30,257 nt of DNA from a virus (lineage: Duplodnaviria > Caudoviricetes), in the IMG/VR virus record IMGVR_UViG_3300036398_000221, positions 1 to 30,257 of that record; one strand, given 5' to 3'. The notes under the pieces were generated by a model. The model had not been told where the DNA came from and did no database searches. It saw only the letters and a program-made list of their open reading frames with translations. A program made the position numbers and the translations under genes. Numbering within the stretch: position 1 is the first letter of the stretch; each line of letters begins with the position of its first letter. This document shows, in pieces, positions 22,701-30,257 of the stretch.

Positions 22701-23549
22701 ATGAGATATTACGGAGTCGTGCATGATGGTGGCGGATATGTACCTGATGAAGTAGATGCAAAAGCCAAAAAACTTGCCGACATGAAAGCAAAGCGAGAAG
22801 CAGAACTTGCTGAAAAGTCAAGAATTCGCAGAGAAGCCGCAGGCCTTTCTACTGACACTGGTTTCTGGGCTGATAGGAATCGTGCAGTCACCGATGTTAA
22901 AAATGCTCTTGCCGCTGTTGAAGCAGACACAGGAGTAGAGGAAGCGCTAGCAATCATTGCAGCACAGCAAGCCCTTGAGGCTGCGAGAGATGCGGCTCCA
23001 GTAAGAAACATAGTTGCACAAAATCAATCTGCGCCAGGCCCAGTTTACGCTGTTCCGTTAACCCCAGCCCCAGTAACATATGCTGAGTCTTCAATAGCAA
23101 AAACGGAAACAGTGGCAATAAAAACAGCAACACCAGATATTATTTTATTTGATGATTCTGCAATACCAGTACAACTAATGCAAGATCTTTTATTTGAAGA
23201 TATCGGCGGACAAGAATTAATCAACATATCAAGGACTGACACTATAAATGGACAAAACATTATATATCAGCCAATTAAAAATATTAACTCTATCAATCAA
23301 GAGTATAATCCAGGAAACATTCTTGGTCTTCAAAAAACATCAGACAAGTATTTTTCTGGATATGCAATTAAACTTGAAGAGCGTGTCCCAAAAGTAAGTA
23401 ACTCTTTAGATGGAAACCCCGTTTACTTAGATTCTAATGGCAACTTAGTCGTTGACAGTATTAACTTAAATGCTGATGAGCAGGTTGAGATTCAAATCAC
23501 CGTAAGTGGTACAATATATGAAATAGAACTTGGAGAAATCATCTCATGA
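22701..23549 (+). CDS. Minor tail/baseplate protein with Ala-rich low-complexity N-terminal half
   Basis: SD GAGGTG (22691-22696) favours ATG 22701 over GTG 22689. Position in the tail-tip cluster. Confidence 0.55.
   Translation: MRYYGVVHDGGGYVPDEVDAKAKKLADMKAKREAELAEKSRIRREAAGLSTDTGFWADRNRAVTDVKNALAAVEADTGVEEALAIIAAQQALEAARDAAPVRNIVAQNQSAPGPVYAVPLTPAPVTYAESSIAKTETVAIKTATPDIILFDDSAIPVQLMQDLLFEDIGGQELINISRTDTINGQNIIYQPIKNINSINQEYNPGNILGLQKTSDKYFSGYAIKLEERVPKVSNSLDGNPVYLDSNGNLVVDSINLNADEQVEIQITVSGTIYEIELGEIIS
23507..23515 (+). promoter_or_regulatory. Possible extended -10 element TGGTACAAT
   Basis: TGnTAnAAT about 30 nt before ATG 23546, inside the 3' end of the upstream gene. Confidence 0.35.
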
Positions 23550-24886
23550 TAACTAATACTGGTAAGGAAATTATTGCTAAGTACATGCTTGGCCAAGCAC
23601 CCGCCTTTGCCTCCTATTTGGCCGTTGGTTGCGGTTCTAAGCCACTTTTAGACGCTGACCCATATGGAGACTACTCCGACAAGACAAGCCTTGATTTTGA
23701 GATGTTTCGTGTTCCAATTTCTTCAAGGGGATTTGTAAATGAAAATGGAATATCAAAGTTAGTATTAACAGCAGAACTTCCTACAGAAGAAAGATATGAA
23801 ATTTCTGAAATAGGATTATATTCGGCTGGATTAAACTCCGCAGCAGGTGCCTACGATAGCAAAACAATTCTTGCATTTTCTCAAACAGAAAATTGGCAAC
23901 ACCATACATTAACACAGGTTAGTACAATCCCAACAATTACTGAGCCATTAGATGATCCGCTTGATGACAACAATATAGCAACAACAGAAGCAGTATTTCA
24001 AACAAACGCAGACAATAGTATTTTTTACAAAACAACTCGTGCAGAAAGATACGAAAGATGTAGGTTTTTAAATAACGTAATTATTATTAATGGAGAAGAA
24101 TCTAATCTAGCAAAAAGTGTTTCTTTAACAACTGTTGCAGGAAACGGAACCAGAATTACCTATACAACTTCAAAGGACCATAACCTAAAGGTTGGAGACT
24201 CTGTAACCGTAACAGGGGTTAACCCCGTAAACTATAACATCACTGGTTTAGTAAACACCATTCCGTCAACTACAACTTTTACAATCTTAAGTAACCAGGT
24301 TGGAACTTATGTTTCTGGTGGATCAACAACTGTTTCACATTTCTATATTGAAAGTGGTTCAAACCATATTCACCTACAGGGAACAGTGGTTGATTTTTCC
24401 AAAAACTCTCCAATTGATGAATTAAAGTTGGCATTCTCTGTAATTAATAAAGATGGTACTTCTACTGCAGCACCAGACACCGTTAGAGTTTTGGTTGAGT
24501 TTGCTTCATCTGATAATATTGATGGAGAATACGCAAGATTTGAGGCAAACATTGTTAAGGGCACTAGTGCTGGACAATATGACTTATTAAATAATCGTTA
24601 CTGCCTTGTAACAAAACAACTTCAGGAATTATATACAACCCCTAACTTCACCTGGGACTCTGTAGCGGTCATTAAGATATATGCCTCTACCTTTGTCGGT
24701 AGTTCATTGTCCGACAATTTTTATGTTGCTCTTGACTCTTTACGCTTAGAGAATGTTTCTTCTATAAATCCACTTTATGGACTAACAGGATATTCTGTTA
24801 TTAAAAATACAGATGCTTCAACAATTATTAAATCCCCAAATACAACAAACTATATTGAGTTTAGATTTTCAATAGGTGTTTCATAA
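23546..24886 (+). CDS. Minor tail / baseplate protein with fibre-attachment-type N-terminus and an inserted small beta-barrel domain
   Basis: 'MITNTGKEIIAKYMLG..ASYLAVGCG...ISEIGLY' resembles tail-fibre/baseplate attachment domains. Internal 'ITYTTSKDHNLKVGDSVTVTGV...YN...VNTIPSTTTFTI' repeat-type domain. Confidence 0.62.
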   Translation: MITNTGKEIIAKYMLGQAPAFASYLAVGCGSKPLLDADPYGDYSDKTSLDFEMFRVPISSRGFVNENGISKLVLTAELPTEERYEISEIGLYSAGLNSAAGAYDSKTILAFSQTENWQHHTLTQVSTIPTITEPLDDPLDDNNIATTEAVFQTNADNSIFYKTTRAERYERCRFLNNVIIINGEESNLAKSVSLTTVAGNGTRITYTTSKDHNLKVGDSVTVTGVNPVNYNITGLVNTIPSTTTFTILSNQVGTYVSGGSTTVSHFYIESGSNHIHLQGTVVDFSKNSPIDELKLAFSVINKDGTSTAAPDTVRVLVEFASSDNIDGEYARFEANIVKGTSAGQYDLLNNRYCLVTKQLQELYTTPNFTWDSVAVIKIYASTFVGSSLSDNFYVALDSLRLENVSSINPLYGLTGYSVIKNTDASTIIKSPNTTNYIEFRFSIGVS

Positions 24887-25386
24887 TGGCCGACATTGGT
24901 ATTAAGAAGTCCATTGTCCCTTCTAACGAACTCCCTGCAATCAATCCTATTCTAGAAGGATATAAGGTTAGATATAGAATCGTATCTGAAGACAAGAACA
25001 GAACGTCTCACTGGTCACCATCTTATTTAATTACTCCAGACTTTACATATACTCCTGGAACTATAACATGCAACACTAGTGGCGGAATTGCAACGGTAGT
25101 ATGGAACGATGTTGATATATATAAAGGAACCAAGTACGTAAGAACAGCAACAGATTATGATATTTGGGTAAAATGGGATAGATCAGATGGTGGAGATTGG
25201 TTATATAGAAGTCGTGTTGCTAACACTAGCGTGTCCTTGTTAGTTCCTTCAGAATACAAAATAAATGGAGTAGTACAATCACAAACTCCAAACAAGTTAA
25301 CAGTTGAGATTTACCTAAAGGGTGACCCCATCACAAGAGATACAACATTTTTGCGGGTGTATAATCCTGCACACTATAACGTTTAA
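24886..25386 (+). CDS. Minor tail protein, fibronectin type III-like beta sandwich
   Basis: 'YKVRYRIVSEDKNRTSHWS' and 'TVVWNDV...DYDIWVKW' fit FN3-like strands. TAATG coupling. Confidence 0.5.
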   Translation: MADIGIKKSIVPSNELPAINPILEGYKVRYRIVSEDKNRTSHWSPSYLITPDFTYTPGTITCNTSGGIATVVWNDVDIYKGTKYVRTATDYDIWVKWDRSDGGDWLYRSRVANTSVSLLVPSEYKINGVVQSQTPNKLTVEIYLKGDPITRDTTFLRVYNPAHYNV

Positions 25387-25395
25387 TGATATAAT
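25387..25395 (+). promoter_or_regulatory. Extended -10 element TGATATAAT
   Basis: TGnTATAAT immediately after the stop codon, 10 nt before ATG 25405. Confidence 0.55.
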
Positions 25396-25404
25396 GGAGA
25401 GATA

Positions 25405-25845
25405 ATGGCTAAAGTACCACTACCCGAAAGAGGGCAACCACTAGATGTAACATACATCTATCAATTGGCTGAGACAGTTAATGAACTGGCTACTCAGGTT
25501 TCTTCTGCTACATACAATTACACAACAATAAATAATGGATCATCTGGCGCCCAGAGCGTTAAAACATCAGAAACAAAAATTGTTGGTGGGTATGTTCAAG
25601 TTGCAAATAATACAACCGTAAATGCATCGTCAGAGGTTTCATTTTCTTATACCTTTGATGATTTCAAGTATTCACCGATAGTATCAGCAACACCCTACAA
25701 TATTGGAAATACCCCTGCTGGACAAAATGTCTCTGTTATTTTAAAAACAGTTACAACCAGCAAAGTTGAAGGTGTTGTAAGATTTAATGCATCTGGAAAT
25801 TTATCTTTGGCTGTACATCTAATCATTATTGGCATACCAAACTAA
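25405..25845 (+). CDS. Short tail fibre/needle-like protein with C-terminal H-type-lectin/gp53-like domain
   Basis: N-terminal short coiled coil, then 'VSFSYTFDDFKYSPIVSAT...VHLIIIG', matching the F..F...P.V..T ... W/H.AIG pattern of fibre tip domains. Confidence 0.5.
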   Translation: MAKVPLPERGQPLDVTYIYQLAETVNELATQVSSATYNYTTINNGSSGAQSVKTSETKIVGGYVQVANNTTVNASSEVSFSYTFDDFKYSPIVSATPYNIGNTPAGQNVSVILKTVTTSKVEGVVRFNASGNLSLAVHLIIIGIPN

Positions 25846-25857
25846 TAGAAAAAATGG

Positions 25858-26058
25858 GTGGAGAAGTTGATTAGTTGCAAAAAGTGCAATGGAAGAGTTT
25901 TTATTGATAGACAATTTACATCTATTCTTCACATTGAAACTTACTGTGTACGTTGTGGGAAAAGAGAATTCTATCATCCCCCGCAAGATAGTAGGGAGGG
26001 CAGATGGCTACTGCTAAACGAAAAATACAGAGCGAAGAATACAATAACGAGTCTGTAA
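25858..26058 (+). CDS. Small zinc-ribbon protein
   Basis: CKKC...CVRC pair. The start may be the in-frame TTG at 25867. Confidence 0.65.
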   Translation: MEKLISCKKCNGRVFIDRQFTSILHIETYCVRCGKREFYHPPQDSREGRWLLLNEKYRAKNTITSL

Positions 26059-26546
26059 TAAAAGGAAACCAGAAGATTTGGTTTTTAAATAATGACTTAG
26101 TTAGAATACACCACAGTTCAAGATCAACTGGCATGGTTTCTTTTTATAATATTACAAAAGATAGACTTGAAACTTGTCTTCGTACAGACTTTCGTCGTAA
26201 CAGAGAAAGAGCCTACACCATAGCAGAAACTTCGGTACTTGTCAATAGACATCGCAAGTATATGCCAAGACTAATTAAATCAGGAATAATTCCTGCTCCA
26301 ACAGGATCAAGTTTTGGAGGAAAGACAGGATTTCAAATTAGGGCATACTATTCAGAATCTAAAGTTAAAGAGATCCGTGCTATACTTGCAAGTATACATA
26401 TAGGACAACCAAGAAAAGATGGACTAATAACAAATAACATGACTCCTACTACGCAAGAGTTGACAAGGCGTATGGGAGACGGTATACTTACATATACAAA
26501 GACAGAAGATGGAAGATTTATTCCAACTTGGTCAGAGAGCATTTAA
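26004..26546 (+). CDS. DNA-binding protein with MerR-like helix-turn-helix
   Basis: 'AYTIAETSVLVNRHRKYMPRLIKSGIIPAP...RAYYSESKVKEIR' fits the MerR/excisionase-type winged HTH. Confidence 0.72.
   Translation: MATAKRKIQSEEYNNESVIKGNQKIWFLNNDLVRIHHSSRSTGMVSFYNITKDRLETCLRTDFRRNRERAYTIAETSVLVNRHRKYMPRLIKSGIIPAPTGSSFGGKTGFQIRAYYSESKVKEIRAILASIHIGQPRKDGLITNNMTPTTQELTRRMGDGILTYTKTEDGRFIPTWSESI
26460..26488 (+). promoter_or_regulatory. Near-consensus sigma70/SigA promoter TTGACA-17-TATACT inside the HTH gene
   Basis: TTGACA 26460-26465, 17-nt spacer, TATACT 26483-26488, pointing into the replication genes. Confidence 0.7.
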
Positions 26547-26564
26547 AATAAGAATGGGTGGACA

Positions 26565-26774
26565 ATGGAAAACGATTCAACAAAAGTAAACGTAACTCTT
26601 GGATATACTCTTAACCTGGGAAATTTCCAGTCACTAAGACTTGATCTAGGCGTTATTGATAGTAAGCGTGATGGTGAAACAACAGAGCAGGCTTTTGATC
26701 GTGTCTATAAGTTTGTAGAAGATAAACTTACAGATAAGATTAAAGAAGCACAAGAAGAGGCTTCTGAAGGATAA
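26565..26774 (+). CDS. Small conserved-type phage protein (beta hairpin plus helix)
   Basis: Clean 69-aa ORF ('VTLGYTLNLGNFQSLRLDLG') with TAATG coupling to the next gene. Confidence 0.7.
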   Translation: MENDSTKVNVTLGYTLNLGNFQSLRLDLGVIDSKRDGETTEQAFDRVYKFVEDKLTDKIKEAQEEASEG

Positions 26775-27082
26775 TGGCAGACCGCAAAGACAGAATGGCT
26801 TTGCTCAGTCGCTACAACAAATTTTATACACAACGCTATGAGCGTAAGTCTAATATCAATTTAAATGTTGAGCAGTGGGCAGCAGATGCTCTCGTAGAAT
26901 CATATGGCATTTCGCAGTGTTATGATTTGCTAGAGTATTACTTTAGTATCGCACAAGATCCCACATGGAATTACTTTGCTTATAATGCAGAAAAAATTCT
27001 TAATGGTAAACTAGAAGTACAAGAAGACATTAAACAAAGAGCAGAATTAAGAAAAAAGGCAAAGGAGTGGCTGAGTGAATAA
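26774..27082 (+). CDS. Hypothetical helical protein, possible helicase loader/initiator
   Basis: 102-aa helical protein overlapping the start of the helicase gene. Function inferred from position only. Confidence 0.5.
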   Translation: MADRKDRMALLSRYNKFYTQRYERKSNINLNVEQWAADALVESYGISQCYDLLEYYFSIAQDPTWNYFAYNAEKILNGKLEVQEDIKQRAELRKKAKEWLSE

Positions 27083-28298
27083 TACAGAAGCAAAGGTAAT
27101 CTCAGCAGTCCTAGCAGATAAACAACTACATGTTTTACTACAGGCAAACGTAGAAACATTGCTTCGTACACACAATGATGTATGGAATTTTATTAGACTA
27201 TATGCTGAAAACAATGGAATGGTTCCTCCAACATCTTTGGTTGTAGAAAAGTTTAGAGACTTTCAGCCAGTACAAGGAATTGGTGCAACTAAGCATCACC
27301 TTGAAGAACTTCAGACAGAATATTTAAATGATAGCCTTAAAGATATTTTAAGATCCGCAGCAGGAGAAGTTCAAAATGGACAAGGCTCAATGGCGCTTGA
27401 AGAACTCATCACAAAGACTTCCCAACTAAAGAAAAACACCTCAGCAATTCGTGATATTGATGCAACAGATATTGATTCTGCAATTGCATATTTTGAACAA
27501 GTAAAAGAACAACAGGCATTAGGGCACAGAGGAATTAAAACAGGTTTGCCAGGGTTTGATAACTATCTACCATCAGGAATTATGCCAGGGCAGTTGGGAG
27601 TCTTTCTAGCATATCCAGGTATAGGAAAGTCATGGATGGCTTTGTACTTTGCTGTACAGGCTTGGAAGCAGGGCAAGACACCACTTATTATTTCTCTTGA
27701 AATGAGTGAGACAGAAGTTCGTAACCGTGCATTTACTATCATGGGTGAAGGACTTTGGTCACACCGCAAACTTTCAAATGGTGAGGTTGAACTTGACATG
27801 ATGAAGAAATGGCATGCGAACAAAATTGAAGGTCGTCCACCGTTCCACATTATTTCTAATGACTCTGGTGGGGAAGTAACCCCTTCAGTTATCCGTGGAA
27901 AACTAGATCAATACAAGCCTGACTTTGTTGTTGTTGATTATTTGCAGTTGATGAATCCAAACCAAAAGGCTGATAATGAAACGGTAAAGATGAAAAATCT
28001 TTCACGAGAACTTAAACTAATGGCTATTAGCGAAGAAGTTCCTATTATTGCTATTTCATCTGCTACCCCAGATGACGTTAAAGATCTTTCTACAGTTCCT
28101 ACTCTTGCACAAACGGCATGGTCAAGACAAATTGCATATGACGCTGACTGGGTATTAGCCATGGGTCGTGCAACTAATAGTGACATTATTGAGTGTGCAT
28201 TTAGAAAAAATCGTAATGGTTTTATGGGAGATTTCCTAGTTCAATGTGACTTTGATAAGGGCTATTATCGCTATAAAGATTTTGAGGATTCAAAATAA
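27075..28298 (+). CDS. dnaB: Replicative DNA helicase, DnaB family (SF4)
   Basis: Walker A 'AYPGIGKS', 'ISLEMS', Walker B 'VVVDYLQLM', 'LSRELKLMA', 'YDADWVL', 'RKNRNG'. GTG start with SD AAGGAG. Confidence 0.93.
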   Translation: MNNTEAKVISAVLADKQLHVLLQANVETLLRTHNDVWNFIRLYAENNGMVPPTSLVVEKFRDFQPVQGIGATKHHLEELQTEYLNDSLKDILRSAAGEVQNGQGSMALEELITKTSQLKKNTSAIRDIDATDIDSAIAYFEQVKEQQALGHRGIKTGLPGFDNYLPSGIMPGQLGVFLAYPGIGKSWMALYFAVQAWKQGKTPLIISLEMSETEVRNRAFTIMGEGLWSHRKLSNGEVELDMMKKWHANKIEGRPPFHIISNDSGGEVTPSVIRGKLDQYKPDFVVVDYLQLMNPNQKADNETVKMKNLSRELKLMAISEEVPIIAISSATPDDVKDLSTVPTLAQTAWSRQIAYDADWVLAMGRATNSDIIECAFRKNRNGFMGDFLVQCDFDKGYYRYKDFEDSK

Positions 28299-29029
28299 TG
28301 CTTAATAAAAATAAAAAGATATCCTTTAGACCATCTACGGAAAAGTCGGAACTTCTTACAAATCATCCAAGTCCAGGATACCATCACATACCAGAGTGGT
28401 TTAAAAAACAAAAACTATTTTCTAATAATGAAAATGATTATTTTAAAGCATTTAAAAAGTCTAGGTTTGCAAAAACATTCAAGATGTGCACACCACTTGT
28501 AGACTCTATTTCCTCTGGGTATATGTTTACTCTTCCAGTTGATATTGCTGTATTAAATGTTTCAACTAACGGTGGTTATGTTCCGCAGATTACTTGGCAT
28601 GTTTCTTGGCAAGTTGTTGATCCACAGCCAAAGGAGGTTTTAGGTCAATACCCAGTGCCAGATGGATTTTATCCACAAATGTTTAGATGGCACCCAGAAT
28701 GGATTGTAGAGACTCCAACTGGATATAGTTTATGGATTACTCACCCATCACATAGATATGACTTGCCTTTTATAACCATTAATTCATTTGTTGATACAGA
28801 TAAACATCCAAACGCACTAATGTTTCCATTTTTTATTAAGCAAGGCTTTGAGGGCATTATAGAAAAAGGCACTCCAATTGTTCAAGTTATACCAATTAAA
28901 AGAGAATCTTGGGTAACAAGAGTTAAAAAGTTTAATATAAAAAGCATTTTAATAGGCTTTGATAATGTTGATTTAAAATTTTCTAGAGTGTATAAACATA
29001 ACTATTGGTCAAAGAAAAAATATGAATAG
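28298..29029 (+). CDS. Accessory protein with dUTPase-like/DUF6065-like beta fold, inserted between helicase and primase
   Basis: 'KMCTPLVDSISSGYMF', 'TPTGYSLWITHP', 'VDTD', 'IIEKGTPIVQVIP', reminiscent of trimeric dUTPase-like motifs 3/4 but lacking canonical motifs 1, 2 and 5. Confidence 0.5.
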   Translation: MLNKNKKISFRPSTEKSELLTNHPSPGYHHIPEWFKKQKLFSNNENDYFKAFKKSRFAKTFKMCTPLVDSISSGYMFTLPVDIAVLNVSTNGGYVPQITWHVSWQVVDPQPKEVLGQYPVPDGFYPQMFRWHPEWIVETPTGYSLWITHPSHRYDLPFITINSFVDTDKHPNALMFPFFIKQGFEGIIEKGTPIVQVIPIKRESWVTRVKKFNIKSILIGFDNVDLKFSRVYKHNYWSKKKYE

Positions 29030-29942
29030 TATATATACAGAAGAACAAATTCGTCGTGTTCTAAATGGAGCAGGAATTGATGTTGAGGCAGAGTTTGGCT
29101 CTGATTTTATTATCTTTTGTCCTTATCACAACAACAACAGGACACCTGCTGGAGAAGTATCTAAAGAGTCTGGGTTATTCTTTTGTTTTGGCTGCCAAGT
29201 AACTAAAAATTTAACTGAACTCATTATGTTTATGTCAAATAGAACATATTTTGAAGCAGCACGATATATTAAAAGTAAAGAGCAAGAGTCAAACCTTTCT
29301 TCTGTAATTGATAAAGCGCTGTATGCTCCTGCAGACTTTGTGCAGTATGATGAACTATTAATTAAAAGACTTAACAACCAGGCTATTGAATCTCCAAGAG
29401 CAATGAGATACTTTGAAGGTCGCAGCATCACTAAGGATTCTGTGATAAAATTTAATCTAGGATATTCAGAAAAGCAAGATTCAGTAACTATACCAATGGC
29501 AACACCTGATGGAATGTGTATTGGTTTTGTTGCTAGAACTATTGAGGGCAAAGACTTTAAGAATACACCAGGTCTACCAAAGAGTAAGATTTTGTTTAAC
29601 TTGCACAGAGTTAAAACATCAACAACGGTCTATGTAGTTGAATCATCATTTGATGCTATTAGACTTGATCAAGTAGGTTTCCCAGCAGTTGCAACACTGG
29701 GGGCTAACGTTTCTGCATCACAGATTAAACTATTATCAAAGTACTTCAACAATGTTGTGCTTGTTGCAGACAATGATGAGGCTGGCTCTATAATGAAAGA
29801 TAAACTAGTTGAGAAACTAGGTCATCTTGTCACAGCAATACAGTTAGATAAAAAATACAAAGACATAGGGGATATGGATGATGAGACAATTAAAAAGTTG
29901 GAGTTCCAATTTGACAACTCAATCATTGCTATGCTAAAATAG
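29022..29942 (+). CDS. dnaG: DNA primase, DnaG type (CHC2 zinc finger plus TOPRIM)
   Basis: 'CPYH...FFCFGC' zinc finger, 'IGFVAR', 'KSKILFNL', TOPRIM 'VVESSFDAI', 'VATLG', 'ADNDEAG', 'KDIGD'. Confidence 0.93.
   Translation: MNSIYTEEQIRRVLNGAGIDVEAEFGSDFIIFCPYHNNNRTPAGEVSKESGLFFCFGCQVTKNLTELIMFMSNRTYFEAARYIKSKEQESNLSSVIDKALYAPADFVQYDELLIKRLNNQAIESPRAMRYFEGRSITKDSVIKFNLGYSEKQDSVTIPMATPDGMCIGFVARTIEGKDFKNTPGLPKSKILFNLHRVKTSTTVYVVESSFDAIRLDQVGFPAVATLGANVSASQIKLLSKYFNNVVLVADNDEAGSIMKDKLVEKLGHLVTAIQLDKKYKDIGDMDDETIKKLEFQFDNSIIAMLK
29911..29940 (+). promoter_or_regulatory. Candidate promoter TTGACA-18-TAAAAT with extended TGn
   Basis: TTGACA 29911-29916, TGCTAAAAT 29932-29940, then SD AAGGA and ATG 29957. 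Confidence 0.5.
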
Positions 29943-29956
29943 AGTAAAGGAAAATA

Positions 29957-30250
29957 ATGAAATTTAGAACACAATGGATAGAAGCACTAAAGACAATGAG
30001 ATTTAAGTCTTATTGGAATAAGCCAAATACGGTAGAGTTCTTTGCATTTATGACAAAGATTTGTATTATCTTCCCTGGCCTTCTTTTAGGCAAACAGTTT
30101 TGGTGGCTATATATATTTGCATTGGTATCAAGCCTTGCATTAATTTGGTCATCAACAGTAAAAACCTTGCCAACAATTATTTGGTTTAATATATTGTGGT
30201 CTTTACTGGCAATTTTATCAATTGCAAAACATTTTGGCGTAATACTATAA
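29957..30250 (+). CDS. Small integral membrane protein (about 3 TM helices)
   Basis: Three hydrophobic stretches (FFAFMTKICIIFPGLLLG, WWLYIFALVSSLALIWS, IIWFNILWSLLAILSIA) and a basic N-terminus. Confidence 0.7.
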   Translation: MKFRTQWIEALKTMRFKSYWNKPNTVEFFAFMTKICIIFPGLLLGKQFWWLYIFALVSSLALIWSSTVKTLPTIIWFNILWSLLAILSIAKHFGVIL

Positions 30251-30257
30251 CAAAACA

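Noticed and set aside
26378-26386. TGCTATACT extended -10-like sequence inside the HTH gene
   Set aside because: No accompanying -35 and far from a gene start. The 26460-26488 promoter explains downstream expression better.
1-30257. tRNA, rRNA, CRISPR array, integrase/transposase, tail sheath or lysis cassette; alternative genetic code
   Set aside because: None seen. Intergenic gaps are too short for RNA genes, and the standard code gives near-complete coding density with long uninterrupted ORFs.

Overview
A 30.3-kb, AT-rich (roughly 37-39% GC by eye), gene-dense segment of a large tailed phage with a long non-contractile tail (siphovirus type; no tail sheath gene). All credible genes are on the + strand. 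The order is: C-terminal part of a probable prohead protease/scaffold gene, HK97-fold major capsid protein, head-tail connector genes, major tail protein, two paralogous tail assembly chaperones, a 3591-aa tape measure protein (TMP), tail-tip/baseplate genes, then a replication block (Zn-ribbon, MerR-like HTH, DnaB-type helicase, inserted accessory gene, DnaG-type primase, small membrane protein). Gene order and promoter style suggest a phage of (possibly low-GC freshwater) Actinobacteria, which is an inference only. The most notable observation is that the TMP looks like a polyprotein carrying enzymatic cargo. It has a HipA/PI3-PI4K-like kinase domain, a possible HNH-type motif and a degenerate ADP-ribosyltransferase-like domain, each bracketed by three copies of a 'DTVP(A/S)MLTPGE' module resembling the lambda gpH C-terminal region. 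Other notable points are the G/GT tail chaperone pair encoded as two duplicated genes rather than by frameshifting, a stand-alone paralogue of the capsid protein N-terminal arm, and a nested in-frame scaffold start. All domain calls are by-eye motif recognition, with no database searches.
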